Shown here in pieces: positions 7,535-18,001 of a DNA stretch of 22,118 nt (positions are counted from its first letter, which is position 1; each line of letters starts with the position of its first letter). Made by a program: the position numbers and the translations under genes. The notes below the pieces were generated by a model that saw only the letters and a list, made by a program, of their open reading frames with translations, was not told the DNA's origin and ran no database searches. The DNA comes from Nitrospinota bacterium (GTDB taxonomy: Bacteria; UBA8248). The stretch spans positions 1-22,118 of the forward strand of contig JAYGFR010000140.1 of NCBI GenBank assembly GCA_046581755.1. Reading direction: 5' to 3'.

Positions 7535-9075
7535 TGCTTGGGCCCCTGGATGCGCCGGGAGGCCAGGCGCGGCGCTGGCGCCTTCACGCTAAGCACCCGC
7601 CGGTTGACCTGGCGGAGCCACTTCTGGGCGGAGGGCTCGATTGTTTTCAGGATGGGCCTGGGATAAAGACCCAGCCCGAACATCAACGCCACGAGGGGAA
7701 CCAGGACACACCACTCGCGCGCGCTCAGGTCACGAAGCCCGAGATTGGCCGCCGAGGGATTTCCGTTAAACAAAACACGCTGGAGCATCCAGAGCATATA
7801 GACCGCCGCCAGCACAACGCCCGAGGCCGCCACTATCGTGAAGACCGGGTGCGGGCCGAAGGCCCCCGCCAGGATCGTGAACTCGCCGACAAATCCGTTC
7901 AGGCCGGGAAGGCCGATGCTGCTCAGGGCGGCGATCACGAAAAAGACGGAAAAGACCGGCATCACCCGGGCGATACCGCCGAAGTCCGCAATCATCCGGG
8001 TATGCCTTCGGCTGTAAATCATTCCGACGATCAGGAACAGCGCCCCGGTGCTTACCCCGTGGTTCACCATCTGGATGACACTGCCCGTGGCGCCCAGGAG
8101 GGTGAAGCTGAAGAGCCCGAGAACGACAAAGCCCAGGTGGCTCACCGACGAGTAGGCCACCAGCTTTTTCATGTCGTCTTGCACCATCGCGACGAGCGCA
8201 CCGTAGACGATCCCGATAACGGCCAGGACCATGATCGCCGGAGCGAACTCGCGCGCCGCCTCCGGGAACAGGGGCATGGCCAGCCGCATGAGGCCGTAGG
8301 TGCCCATCTTCAGGAGCACGCCCGCCAGAATCACGCTCCCCGCCGTGGGGGCCTCGACGTGGGCGTCGGGCAGCCAGGTATGGAACGGGAAAACCGGAAC
8401 CTTGATCGCGAACGACAGGGCAAAGGCGGCGAAGAGCCAGCCTTGGAGCGCATGATCGACCGGATCGCTCAGGTGGGTCAGGATGTCGAACGTCTTCGCG
8501 CCGGTCGCGAAATAAAGCCACAGAATCGCCACCAGCATGAGCGCGCTGCCCGCCATCGTGTAGAGAAAAAATTTCACCGCCGCGTAGATGCGCCGGGCTC
8601 CACCCCATACACCGATGATCAGGTACATCGGAATGAGCATCCCCTCCCAGAAGACATAGAAGAGGAAAAAATCCAGCGCCACGAACACGCCGAGCATACC
8701 GGTCTCGAGAAACAGGATTGACATGTAATAGAGGCGAACGCGCCGATCCACGTCCTGCCAGGAGAACAAAACGGCGATCGGCGTCAGAAACGTCGTCAGG
8801 AGAACCAAGGGAAGGCTGATGCCGTCCAGCCCCACGTGGTAGGAAATCCCGAACTGGGGAATCCATGCCGCCTTCTCGGTGAACTGCATTTCGGCATTCT
8901 CGCGGAATCCGGCATATATCCAGGCGGAAATCGCGAACGCCGCCAGGACGAACGCCATCGAAATGAGGCGCACCCGCCGCCTTCCCTCCTCGCTGGCATC
9001 GTTCACGAAGACCAAGGCAAGCCCTCCCGCCAGCGGGAGGAAAATCATCCACGTAATCAGGGGAAAATCGCTCAA
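7531..9075 (-). CDS. nuoM: NADH-quinone oxidoreductase subunit M
   Basis: 514 aa; FYVFWEGMLIPMY, AIKVPVFPFHTWLPDAHVEAPT, LLKMGTYG, GLPGLNGFVGEF; TTG start. Confidence 0.97.
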   Translation of the reverse strand: MSDFPLITWMIFLPLAGGLALVFVNDASEEGRRRVRLISMAFVLAAFAISAWIYAGFRENAEMQFTEKAAWIPQFGISYHVGLDGISLPLVLLTTFLTPIAVLFSWQDVDRRVRLYYMSILFLETGMLGVFVALDFFLFYVFWEGMLIPMYLIIGVWGGARRIYAAVKFFLYTMAGSALMLVAILWLYFATGAKTFDILTHLSDPVDHALQGWLFAAFALSFAIKVPVFPFHTWLPDAHVEAPTAGSVILAGVLLKMGTYGLMRLAMPLFPEAAREFAPAIMVLAVIGIVYGALVAMVQDDMKKLVAYSSVSHLGFVVLGLFSFTLLGATGSVIQMVNHGVSTGALFLIVGMIYSRRHTRMIADFGGIARVMPVFSVFFVIAALSSIGLPGLNGFVGEFTILAGAFGPHPVFTIVAASGVVLAAVYMLWMLQRVLFNGNPSAANLGLRDLSAREWCVLVPLVALMFGLGLYPRPILKTIEPSAQKWLRQVNRRVLSVKAPAPRLASRRIQGPKQ

Positions 9076-9094
9076 ACGCTTCTTCCTTTCCCGG

Positions 9095-11014
9095 CTACTT
9101 CGCGCCCGCGGTGAGGTAGAGAATAATCGCCAGCGCTCCGGCGAGCATCACCGCCGCGTAGCTTTTTACGTAACCCGTCTGAAGCCGGCGGACGGCCGAG
9201 CCGGCCATGCCGACAAATCCGCCCGCGCCGTTCACCGAGGCATCCAACAGGCCATCGTCGAAATTCCGCCAGAGGCGCACGGAAAGCCGCCGGATGGGCT
9301 GAACGATTCGCGCATCGTAAATCTCGTCGATGTAGTATTTGTTGAACACCAGGCGATAGAGGCCCGGCCAGCGTTCGGCGTAGGCGCTGGCGCCGGCGCC
9401 GGCCGAGTTCATGACGAAAAGGCTGTAGGCCAGATACCACCCCAAAATGGCGATGGCGAGCGAGAACAGCATCATCGCCAGCTCAAAGATCACCTCGTGA
9501 TGCGCCTCTGCGCCTCCGCCGAAAACGGGTGCGAGGAAATCGCCGAAAATGTTCGCCCCCGCGATGATGGGAATTCCGACCCAGCCGCCCGCGATGGAAA
9601 GAAACGCCAGCACCATGAGCGGCCCGGTCATGGTGCCGGGAGATTCATGCAGTTTTTGTTGATTCTCGATCGATAGGGCGCATCGTCCGTAGAAGGTCTT
9701 GAATATCAGCCGGAAAATATAGAACGCCGTCATAAGCGCGCCGGCCGCGCCGGCCAGCCAAAACCCGATCCCTCCCCGCGAGGAGGTCATCGCCGAATAC
9801 AAAATGGCGTCCTTGCTGAAGAATCCCGCCAGCGGAAACACCCCGGCGATGGCGAACGCGGCGATGGTGCAGGTCCAGCACGTCACCGGAAGCGCCGCGC
9901 GCAGGCCGCCCATCCGGTTCATTTTCTGCTCGCCGCCCACCGCGTGGATGACGCTCCCCGCGCCCATGAAGAGAAGCGCCTTGAAAAAGGCGTGGGTCAT
10001 CAGGTGAAAGATGGCGGCCGTATAGGCGCCCAGCCCGCAGGCCATGACCATGTACCCGAGCTGGCTCACCGTGCTATAGGCGAGCACGCGCTTGATGTCG
10101 GTCTGCACCATCGCGATCGAGGCCGCCACCAGGAGGGTGAGCGCCCCGACCACCGCCACGACGTTCATCGCCAGCGGCGAGAGTTCGAAAAGAAAATAGG
10201 TCCGCGCCAGCAGGTAAACCCCCGCCGTGACCATGGTCGCGGCGTGGATGAGCGCGCTGACGGGGCTGGGCCCCTCCATCGCATCGGGCAGCCAGATATA
10301 GAGCGGGATCTGCGCGCTCTTGCCCGTCGCCCCCGCAAAGAGGAGCAGGCCTATCGCGGCCGCCACGCCGCTCCCGGCCGTCAGCTTGGCCGCCGCGGCG
10401 GCCTGGATTTGGGTAAAGTCGAGCGTTCCGAAGATTCCGATGACGATGAACATCGCGGTCAGGAAACAAAAATCGCCCACCCGGTTGACGATGAAGGCCT
10501 TCTTGCCCGCCTCGGAGGCGGCGGGCCGCTCGAACCAGAAACCGATCAAAAGATAGCTGCAAAGCCCCACGCCCTCCCAGCCAACGAACAACACGAGGAA
10601 GTTCGAGCCCAGGACCAGCGTGAGCATGAAAAATACGAACAGGTTCAGGTAGATGAAATACCGGACCGCGCTCCGGTCGCCGTGCATGTATCCCATCGAA
10701 TACACGTGGATGAGCGTGCCCACGCCAGTCACGACGAGCGTCATGAGCGAGGAGAGCGGATCGAGCATGAACCCGGCGCCGACCCGGAACGTCCCGATCG
10801 AGATCCAATCGAAGAGATCGATCCGGATCGCCCGGGCGTCCGCAGGAAGGCCCAGGAGCAGGAAAAAACCGATCAACGCGGCCGCGAACGCCAGCCCCAT
10901 AACGGAAACCGCCACCCAAGCGGCGAATTTCTCCCCCCGTCGCCAGCCGAAGATCAGGTTTACCAGGACTCCCGCAGCCGGGAGCAGCAATATGAATAAG
11001 GTCGGATTCATCAT
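9095..11014 (-). CDS. nuoL: NADH-quinone oxidoreductase subunit L
   Basis: About 639 aa; FVGWEGVGLCSYLLIGF, GKSAQIPL, HLMTHAFFKALLF, FFSKDAIL, C-terminal lateral helix ending RRLQTGYVKSY. ATG at 11014 overlaps the nuoK stop (TGATG). Confidence 0.97.
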   Translation of the reverse strand: MMNPTLFILLLPAAGVLVNLIFGWRRGEKFAAWVAVSVMGLAFAAALIGFFLLLGLPADARAIRIDLFDWISIGTFRVGAGFMLDPLSSLMTLVVTGVGTLIHVYSMGYMHGDRSAVRYFIYLNLFVFFMLTLVLGSNFLVLFVGWEGVGLCSYLLIGFWFERPAASEAGKKAFIVNRVGDFCFLTAMFIVIGIFGTLDFTQIQAAAAAKLTAGSGVAAAIGLLLFAGATGKSAQIPLYIWLPDAMEGPSPVSALIHAATMVTAGVYLLARTYFLFELSPLAMNVVAVVGALTLLVAASIAMVQTDIKRVLAYSTVSQLGYMVMACGLGAYTAAIFHLMTHAFFKALLFMGAGSVIHAVGGEQKMNRMGGLRAALPVTCWTCTIAAFAIAGVFPLAGFFSKDAILYSAMTSSRGGIGFWLAGAAGALMTAFYIFRLIFKTFYGRCALSIENQQKLHESPGTMTGPLMVLAFLSIAGGWVGIPIIAGANIFGDFLAPVFGGGAEAHHEVIFELAMMLFSLAIAILGWYLAYSLFVMNSAGAGASAYAERWPGLYRLVFNKYYIDEIYDARIVQPIRRLSVRLWRNFDDGLLDASVNGAGGFVGMAGSAVRRLQTGYVKSYAAVMLAGALAIILYLTAGAK

Positions 11015-11316
11015 CAAAGTTTCAATAAGTTCAATTCGTCAACGTCGGTGGACTCATGGTTCCGGTAAATCAATATCAGGATGGCGAGCCCGACCGCCGC
11101 TTCGGCCGCCGCCACTCCCATCACGAAAAACACGATGAGCTGGCCATCCATCGAATTCAGAAAATGGGCATACGTGACGAAAGCGAGATTTCCGGCGTTC
11201 AGCATGATCTCGATCGACATCACGACCACGATGGCGTTCCGCCGCACCACGACGCCCACGACGCCGATGACGAACAAAAGCGCGCTGATGGCCAAGTAAT
11301 GTTCCAGAGGAGCCAC
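11014..11316 (-). CDS. nuoK: NADH-quinone oxidoreductase subunit K
   Basis: 100 aa; [30 protein letters not shown]. Confidence 0.97.
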   Translation of the reverse strand: MAPLEHYLAISALLFVIGVVGVVVRRNAIVVVMSIEIMLNAGNLAFVTYAHFLNSMDGQLIVFFVMGVAAAEAAVGLAILILIYRNHESTDVDELNLLKL

Positions 11317-11335
11317 GCCTGCCCTTTCTTCGGGA

Positions 11336-11851
11336 TCAACCCGCTCTGCGGCGGGCCAGAACCACCGCGCCGATAACGCCCACGAAAAGCAATACCCCCA
11401 TCGCCTGGAAGGGCAGGAGGTAGTCGGTGAGCAGGATTTTTCCGATGAGCTGGGTATTGCCGATCTCGCTCACGCGCTCGGCCGAATATTGACCCTTCGC
11501 ACCGGTCAGGGGCGAACCCGAAAAAATCACCTTGAGCAGCAGGCCGAATATCCCCACCCCAGCCATGGCTCCAAAAAACTTTTGAACCGGCAGCCGCAGG
11601 GGAATCCGCTCGTCGCGCCGAAGGTCGAGAAGCATGACCACGAACAGGAAGAGCACCATGATGGCGCCGGCGTAAACGACCACCTGGACCACCGCGATAA
11701 ATTCCGCGCCCAGCGACAGGTAGAGCCCGGCCAGCCCGAGAAACGCCGCGACCAGACTGAGCACGCAGTAGAGTGGGTTCGGCAGCGCCACCACCCCGGC
11801 CGCGCCCGCGACCGTAACCGCCGCCGTGAGATAAAATAAAAATGAACCCAC
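11336..11851 (-). CDS. nuoJ: NADH-quinone oxidoreductase subunit J
   Basis: 171 aa; [27 protein letters not shown]; canonical position between nuoI and nuoK. Confidence 0.96.
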   Translation of the reverse strand: MGSFLFYLTAAVTVAGAAGVVALPNPLYCVLSLVAAFLGLAGLYLSLGAEFIAVVQVVVYAGAIMVLFLFVVMLLDLRRDERIPLRLPVQKFFGAMAGVGIFGLLLKVIFSGSPLTGAKGQYSAERVSEIGNTQLIGKILLTDYLLPFQAMGVLLFVGVIGAVVLARRRAG

Positions 11852-11875
11852 TAGCCTTTCCTCTCCCGCCGGCGC

Positions 11876-12355
11876 CTAGACATAGGTGAGCAGTTTCCGC
11901 TCGTCGTACCGGGTCTGGAGCTCCGGAATCTCGTCCGGGCGCTTCACCAGCAGATCGCCTTTTTCATAAAGGAACTTGCTCCGGTCATCCGCGCAGAATT
12001 CGTACTCGCTGCCCAATACGATGGCGCCCACCGGGCACGCCTCCTCGCAATAGCCGCAAAAAATGCACCGCAGCTCGTTGATCTCATACACCGAGGCGTA
12101 GCGCTCGCCTTTCGACACGGGCCGGGACGCCTCGTTTTCCTCCGATTCGACGAAAATGCAATCCACCGGGCAGGCCGCCGCGCAGAGCTTGCAGCCCACG
12201 CAGCGCTCGAGCCCGTCCTCCCACAAAAGCAGCTTGTGCAGGCCCCGGTATCCGGGCGGAAGCTCCTCCTTCACTTCGGGATATTGCACCGTCTCCCGGT
12301 TTTTGAACGAGTGCTTGATCGTCACCCACAGCCCGCGAAATATTTCGCCCAGCAT
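11876..12355 (-). CDS. nuoI: NADH-quinone oxidoreductase subunit I (2x[4Fe-4S])
   Basis: 159 aa; TVQYPE, CVGCKLCAAACP and CIFCGYCEEACP. Confidence 0.97.
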   Translation of the reverse strand: MLGEIFRGLWVTIKHSFKNRETVQYPEVKEELPPGYRGLHKLLLWEDGLERCVGCKLCAAACPVDCIFVESEENEASRPVSKGERYASVYEINELRCIFCGYCEEACPVGAIVLGSEYEFCADDRSKFLYEKGDLLVKRPDEIPELQTRYDERKLLTYV

Positions 12356-12404
12356 GTCATCTCCCCGCCCGGCCGCATCTCAAAGGGGGTCCCCCTCCGG
12401 CGGC

Positions 12405-13388
12405 TCAGGAATCCATAAAAACGATCACGCCCGCCGTCACCACCACGTTCAGAATCGAGAGCGGAAGGAGCACCTTCCAACCGAACGCCATGAGCTGATC
12501 GTAGCGCAGGCGCGGCGTCGAAGCCCGCAGCCACATGAAAAAAAACATGAACGCGAAAATCTTGATCAGGAACCACACCACCGGAGGAAGGATGGGCCCC
12601 CGCCATCCGCCCAGAAAAAACGTCGCCGCCACCGCCGAGAGCGTGATCATGTTGCAATACTCGGCCAGAAAATAGACCGCGAAGTTCATGCTGCTGTACT
12701 CGGTGTGAAAACCGCCCGTCAGCTCGCTCTCGGCCTCGGCCAGGTCGAACGGCGCCCGGTTGGTTTCGGCGATCATGCAAACCACGAACAGGAGAAACCC
12801 GAGCGGCTGAAGCACGATATAGGGCATCCCCGCCTGGCCCGCGACGATATCCTTCAGGCTCAGCGACCCCTGGATCATCACCACCCCGAGGAGGGACAGC
12901 CCCAGGGACAGCTCGTAGCTGATGAGCTGGGCCGAGGAGCGAAGGCCTCCCAGGAGGGGGTACTTGCTGTTCGATGCCCAGGCGCCGAGCACCACGCCGT
13001 AAACGCCCATGCCGCTCAGTGCGAGTATATACAGGATGCCCACGTTTACATCGGCCACCACCATGTCGATCTTCCGCCCGAAGAGAGTCAGCGAATCGCC
13101 GAAGGGCACCACCGCGAAGGCGGCGAGCGCCGGGATCAGCGTAATCGCCGGCGCGAGAAAATAGACGAACTTATCCGCCTGCATCGGGATAATCGTCTCC
13201 TTGAACATGAGCTTGATCCCGTCGGCGATGGGCTGGAGGAGGCCGGCCGGACCCACCCGGTTCGGGCCGTAGCGCACCTGGACGAGCGCGAAGACGCGCC
13301 GCTCCATCCACGTCATATAGGCGGCGATCAAGATCAGGGATCCGAACGCAACGGCGATCTTGACGATGACGATGATCAGCCCGGCCAT
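12405..13388 (-). CDS. nuoH: NADH-quinone oxidoreductase subunit H
   Basis: 327 aa; [60 protein letters not shown] directly abuts the nuoG stop. Confidence 0.97.
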   Translation of the reverse strand: MAGLIIVIVKIAVAFGSLILIAAYMTWMERRVFALVQVRYGPNRVGPAGLLQPIADGIKLMFKETIIPMQADKFVYFLAPAITLIPALAAFAVVPFGDSLTLFGRKIDMVVADVNVGILYILALSGMGVYGVVLGAWASNSKYPLLGGLRSSAQLISYELSLGLSLLGVVMIQGSLSLKDIVAGQAGMPYIVLQPLGFLLFVVCMIAETNRAPFDLAEAESELTGGFHTEYSSMNFAVYFLAEYCNMITLSAVAATFFLGGWRGPILPPVVWFLIKIFAFMFFFMWLRASTPRLRYDQLMAFGWKVLLPLSILNVVVTAGVIVFMDS

Positions 13389-15986
13389 TTAATCCCCCGC
13401 CCCCTCTTTTTCCGCGATCGCAACCCGGATAGCGGCGCCGCGCGCTCCCCCGTCTCCGCCCCGGTTCAAGAAGGCCCCGCCCAGCGCGCCCAGATATCCC
13501 TCCGGGGCCAGCGCCACGCCCACGGGAAGGGAGCTGTCCACCCGCACGGGCAGCCGGACCGTCTCCCCGCCCAAATCGATGCGGGCCTCCTGGCCGTCCT
13601 CAACGCCCAGCCTTCCGGCGTCGGGAGGAGATAGCCGCAACGCGGCCCCCGGCAGGTCGGCGAGGTGGCGCGCCGAGGCGGCGTACGCTCCGGCGAGCCA
13701 GAGGGTGGGCGATAAAATCATCCGCAGCCCCTCCGGCGGGGTTTCGGCGGGAGTGTGATCCACGGCCCGGAAAGCGCCTTCTTTTATTCGCGCCAGCCGG
13801 ATTCCCGCTTCCGGCATCTTTCCGAAGACCTGGCCGTATTCCCCGGAGAGAAGGCGAATTTCGGCCTGGATGGCGGGCACGCCCTGGGCTTTCATCGGGC
13901 GATTCATGCACCGGGCGATCTCTCCGAATACGCGCCATGCCTCCCGGCCTCCCGGCCCGGCCGGGGGCTTCACCGCCCGGCGCAGCCGCTGGACGCGGCG
14001 CTCCATGTTCGTGACCGTTCCCTCTTCCTCGTAGGTCGTCAGCGCCGGGAGAATCACATTGGCGTACTCGAGGCTCGCGTTCCGGTGGGATGCGTGGACG
14101 ACCACGAACTCCGCACCCGCCAGCCCCCGGCGTGCGAAATCGCCGTCCGGGTGCTCGGCGGCGGGATCGCACTCGAACAGGTAAAGGCCCTTGATTCCGC
14201 CCTCGGCCGCTCCGGCGAGGATAGCGTCCGTCCCGAGGCCCGAGGAATCCGGGACCGGCCTTCCCCACACATCGGCGCAGGCCTGTCCGGCGGCATCATC
14301 GCCCGCCGGCCGTCCTCCCGGAAGGAGACCGGGGTGGACGCCCATGTCGATCGCTCCCTGAAGGTTCGATGCGCCCGAAGCGAAAAGGATTTCCGCGTTC
14401 AGCATCCGGGCGATGTTGATCGCCTCGGCCGCCGCCTCCCCGTCCCGAAGGCCGGGGCCCACGACCACCGCAATTCCCCCCTCTGCCGGGCGAAGCGCAC
14501 GGCCCGCCGTCTCTATTTCTCCGGCATCGACAGCCGATTCCCGGCAAAGCGATCCCGCATCCGCCTTCTCGATAGCGCTCCGGTAGGCATCGGCCCCCTC
14601 TCCCCTGGGAGCGGCGCCCGCATCCAGGAGTGTTTTGGCCAGCGCCGTAAGCGCCCGCACCTCCTCGCCCGGAACGGGGTTTAGATGGTGCATCCGCCCG
14701 GACAAGTTCAAATCAATCCGCCGGGGATGGACGCTGACCACGCTCCCGCCGGCGGCGTGGGCCTTGCGCACCTGGAGGGCCATGATCGGGTGCTCCTCGA
14801 AGGGATCGCTTCCCACCAGCAGTATCGCCTTGGCCCGGCCGAGGCCTTCCAGGGAGCCGAACCCGCCGGCCGCGCCGAGCCCGGCGCGCTGGGCCTCGGT
14901 CTGGTTCACGTCGCGCGGGTGAATCCGGCAGTCGAGGTTGTTGCTCCCCAGGACCGAGCGGACGAAGGCGCCGAACCGGTAGGCCCCCTCGTTCGTCGAG
15001 CGGGCCCCGCCCAGCCCGGCCAGGGCGCCGCCGCCGCTTTGAGCGCCGATCTCCCCGAGGCGCCGGGCAATCAGGGCGAGCGCTTCGCCCCAGTCCGCGG
15101 GCCGGAGATCGCCGCCCTCGCGGATCATGGGGCCCTCGATCCGGCCCTCGCCCTGGACGCCGCTCCAACCCCACCGGCCCACGTCGCAGATCCAGCTGTC
15201 ATTCACCGCGTCGTTCTCGCCGGCGGTGACGCGCTTGAGCTCATCCTCGCGGCTCCAGACCCTCTGGCGGCAGCCCACGCCGCAAAGCGTGCAGGGCCCC
15301 TCGACGTGGCGCATCTCCCAGACGCGGGCGGTGAAGCGGTACTTGTTGTCGGTGAGCGCGCCCACGGGGCAGATATCGATCACGTTGCCCGAGACGATGC
15401 TCCTCATCGGCAGATCCCCGAAAACGCCCACCTCGGTCCGATCGCCCCGGTTGGCCCAGCCGAACTCGCCGCCCCCGTCGATCTCCTGGGTGAAGCGGAT
15501 ACAGCGGGTGCAGTGCACGCACCGGTTCATCTCAGGCTTGATGTAGGGACTGATCATTTTTTGGGGATAAATCCGCCGCAACTCGTGCGTCCGGCTAATG
15601 GCCTTGGCGTAGGCCATCGACTGATCCTGGAGGGGGCATTCGCCGCCCTGATCGCAGACCGGGCAATCGAGCGGGTGGTTCTTGAGCAAGAACTCGAATA
15701 CGCCCTCGCAGGCCTGTTTGACGCGCGTGCTCTCGGAGTCCACCACCATCCCCTCGGCCACCGGGATGGCGCACGAGGGCTGGAGCTTGGGGATGGGTTT
15801 TCCGTTGCCCGCGTCCAGGATTTCCACCAGGCACGCGCGGCACTGGCCCACGACGGAAAGGTTCTTGTGGTAGCAAAAATGCGGGATATGGGTACCCGTC
15901 TGGAGCGCCGCGCCGAGGACGCTTTCGCCCTTGCGCGCCTTGATCGTGCGCCCGTTCAGGGTAAACGTGAGTTTCAAATCCACCAT
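13389..15986 (-). CDS. nuoG: NADH-quinone oxidoreductase subunit G (N1b, N4, N5, N7 motifs)
   Basis: 865 aa; HFCYH...GQCRAC...PSC, HPLDCPVCDQGGEC, CVHCTRC...ICPVGAL, CTLCGVGC-x27-C; molybdopterin-oxidoreductase-like C-terminal body. Confidence 0.96.
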   Translation of the reverse strand: MVDLKLTFTLNGRTIKARKGESVLGAALQTGTHIPHFCYHKNLSVVGQCRACLVEILDAGNGKPIPKLQPSCAIPVAEGMVVDSESTRVKQACEGVFEFLLKNHPLDCPVCDQGGECPLQDQSMAYAKAISRTHELRRIYPQKMISPYIKPEMNRCVHCTRCIRFTQEIDGGGEFGWANRGDRTEVGVFGDLPMRSIVSGNVIDICPVGALTDNKYRFTARVWEMRHVEGPCTLCGVGCRQRVWSREDELKRVTAGENDAVNDSWICDVGRWGWSGVQGEGRIEGPMIREGGDLRPADWGEALALIARRLGEIGAQSGGGALAGLGGARSTNEGAYRFGAFVRSVLGSNNLDCRIHPRDVNQTEAQRAGLGAAGGFGSLEGLGRAKAILLVGSDPFEEHPIMALQVRKAHAAGGSVVSVHPRRIDLNLSGRMHHLNPVPGEEVRALTALAKTLLDAGAAPRGEGADAYRSAIEKADAGSLCRESAVDAGEIETAGRALRPAEGGIAVVVGPGLRDGEAAAEAINIARMLNAEILFASGASNLQGAIDMGVHPGLLPGGRPAGDDAAGQACADVWGRPVPDSSGLGTDAILAGAAEGGIKGLYLFECDPAAEHPDGDFARRGLAGAEFVVVHASHRNASLEYANVILPALTTYEEEGTVTNMERRVQRLRRAVKPPAGPGGREAWRVFGEIARCMNRPMKAQGVPAIQAEIRLLSGEYGQVFGKMPEAGIRLARIKEGAFRAVDHTPAETPPEGLRMILSPTLWLAGAYAASARHLADLPGAALRLSPPDAGRLGVEDGQEARIDLGGETVRLPVRVDSSLPVGVALAPEGYLGALGGAFLNRGGDGGARGAAIRVAIAEKEGAGD

Positions 15987-16018
15987 GGCCTACGCCTCGT
16001 TTCGCCCGCTCGCCGCCC

Positions 16019-17332
16019 TCAGGCGGGATAGGGGCTCCCGAGCGGGCAGCGCCCGCCCTCGATATGCGCCTCGAACTCGCTCCGGAATTTATTCACGAAC
16101 GCGCCGAACATCATCGCGCACGCATCCGAGAGGACGCAGATCGTGTTTCCGCGCATGTTGGGGTCGATCGAATTCAGGGTGGCAAGATCGTCCGGTTCGC
16201 CGTGGCCGTCTTCTATGCGCGCGAGGATGCCGGCGACCCAGCCCGTCCCCTCCCGGCAGACCGAGCATTGGCCGCAGGATTCGTGCTCGAAGAAAACCGC
16301 GAGCCGCTGGGCGGCCTGCACCATGCACGCCGTCTCGTCCATGACTATGATGCCGCCGCTTCCGCCCATGCTCCCGGCACGGGCCAGGGCGTCGAAATCC
16401 ATCCGCACCTTTTCCTCGCGAACCTCCCGCGCGGTCAGGACGGGGGCGCTCGCTCCGCCGGGGATGACCGCCTTGAGCGCCCTCCCCCTCAGCACGCCGC
16501 CGCAGGGCCCATCGATGATCTCCTCGAGCGTGAGGCCGAGCGGAAGCTCGTAGAGGCCGGGCTTTTCCACATGCCCCGACACACAGTATATCCGCGTGCC
16601 CGTGTTCTTCTCGTCGATACCGATGGCGGCGAACCATTCGGCACCCTTGTTGATGATGTGCGGGAGGTTGGAGAGCGTCTCGACATTGTTCACCACGGTG
16701 GGCCGCCCGTAGAGGCCCACGATGGCGGGAAACGGCGGCTTCAGGCGCGGATGTCCGCGCTTGCCCTCGAGCGATTCGATCAGCCCGGTTTCCTCCCCGC
16801 AGATGTAGGCGCCGGCACCCATGTGGGTGTGGATGTCGCAGGAAAAGCCGCTGCCCAGGATATTTTCTCCCACGTAGCCCCGCTCGTAGGCCTCGGCCAG
16901 CGCCTTGTTGACGGCCCGTGCCGGAGCGGCGAACTCGCCCCGGATATAGATATAGGCCTTCTCGATGCCCACCGCGTAGCAGGCGATGAGGATGCCCTCG
17001 ACGAGCTGATGCGGGTCGCGGAGCATCAGTTCGCGATCCTTGAAAGTGCCCGGCTCCCCCTCGTCGGCGTTGACGGCGAGATATTTGGGGCCTTCCATGT
17101 CGGGAACGAAGCTCCACTTCAGGCCGCAGGGAAACCCCGCCCCGCCCCGGCCGCGCAGGCCGGAGGCCCTGACGATTCCGGTCACCGCTTTCGGCGCGAG
17201 CTTCCCGAAAATTTCCCGGATGGCCCGGTAGCCGCCCGAGGCCTCGTACCCATCGATATGGGGCGCCTCGGGGTTGCCGAACCGGCCCGAAACGATCTTT
17301 TCATCGACAAGAGCGTCCAACCGCTGATTCAT
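16019..17332 (-). CDS. nuoF: NADH-quinone oxidoreductase subunit F (FMN/NADH site, N3)
   Basis: 437 aa; GLRGRGGAGF, NADEGEPGTFKDR, GAGAYICGEETGL, ESCGQCSVCREG...TIC. Confidence 0.97.
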   Translation of the reverse strand: MNQRLDALVDEKIVSGRFGNPEAPHIDGYEASGGYRAIREIFGKLAPKAVTGIVRASGLRGRGGAGFPCGLKWSFVPDMEGPKYLAVNADEGEPGTFKDRELMLRDPHQLVEGILIACYAVGIEKAYIYIRGEFAAPARAVNKALAEAYERGYVGENILGSGFSCDIHTHMGAGAYICGEETGLIESLEGKRGHPRLKPPFPAIVGLYGRPTVVNNVETLSNLPHIINKGAEWFAAIGIDEKNTGTRIYCVSGHVEKPGLYELPLGLTLEEIIDGPCGGVLRGRALKAVIPGGASAPVLTAREVREEKVRMDFDALARAGSMGGSGGIIVMDETACMVQAAQRLAVFFEHESCGQCSVCREGTGWVAGILARIEDGHGEPDDLATLNSIDPNMRGNTICVLSDACAMMFGAFVNKFRSEFEAHIEGGRCPLGSPYPA

Positions 17333-17347
17333 CCGCTCCGCATCTCC

Positions 17348-17974
17348 TTACCCGCGACCTTCATCCCCGGACCGTCCGGACTCGCCGCCGCCGTCCGCCG
17401 CCGCCACGGCTCCCGCGCCCGGCGGGGCCACTTCGTCCGCCCCGATGGGCGGCACGTACTCGCCTTTTTCGAGCGCCGAGACGATCTCCTCGAGCATCCC
17501 GGGCGTCGCCCACTCGAAGTAATCCTCGTTCACCTGCAGGCAGGGCGCGCCACCGCAGGCGCCCAGGCACTCGACCTTTTCGATGGAAAACTTGCCGTCC
17601 TCGCGGGTCTGGCCCGCCTTGATCCCCAACCTCGCCTCCAGCCCCCGCAGGAGCGGGTCCGCCCCCATCAGCGCGCACGAGAGATTGTTGCAGACCTGGA
17701 AGTGATACTCTCCGATAGGATGGGTCTTGAGCATACTGTAGAAGGTGACCACGCCCCAGACTTCCATCGGAGAGATCTCGAATATCCCGGCCACATGCTG
17801 CATGACCGCGCTCGAAATGAAGCCGTTTTGTCTCTGTGCAAGCGTGAGCGCCGGGACGAGGGCCGAGCGCTTCACCGGGTATTTTTCGATAATCCGATCC
17901 AGTTCGGCGCGCGCGCCGGGCTCGAACTCGAACCGCTCTTCCTTCGCCGAATGCGGAAACCGATCGATCGACAA
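17348..17974 (-). CDS. nuoE: NADH-quinone oxidoreductase subunit E (N1a)
   Basis: 208 aa; VVTFYSM, CNNLSC, ECLGACGGAP; TTG start with AGGAG upstream; Gly/Ala/acidic C-terminal tail. Confidence 0.96.
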   Translation of the reverse strand: MSIDRFPHSAKEERFEFEPGARAELDRIIEKYPVKRSALVPALTLAQRQNGFISSAVMQHVAGIFEISPMEVWGVVTFYSMLKTHPIGEYHFQVCNNLSCALMGADPLLRGLEARLGIKAGQTREDGKFSIEKVECLGACGGAPCLQVNEDYFEWATPGMLEEIVSALEKGEYVPPIGADEVAPPGAGAVAAADGGGESGRSGDEGRG

Positions 17975-18001
17975 GTAGTGCTCCTGAATTCCGGACCGCC
18001 G

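Noticed and set aside
12384..12396. AGGGGGTCCCCCT inverted repeat between nuoH and nuoI as a terminator
   Set aside because: It is short, low in complexity and has no U-tract.
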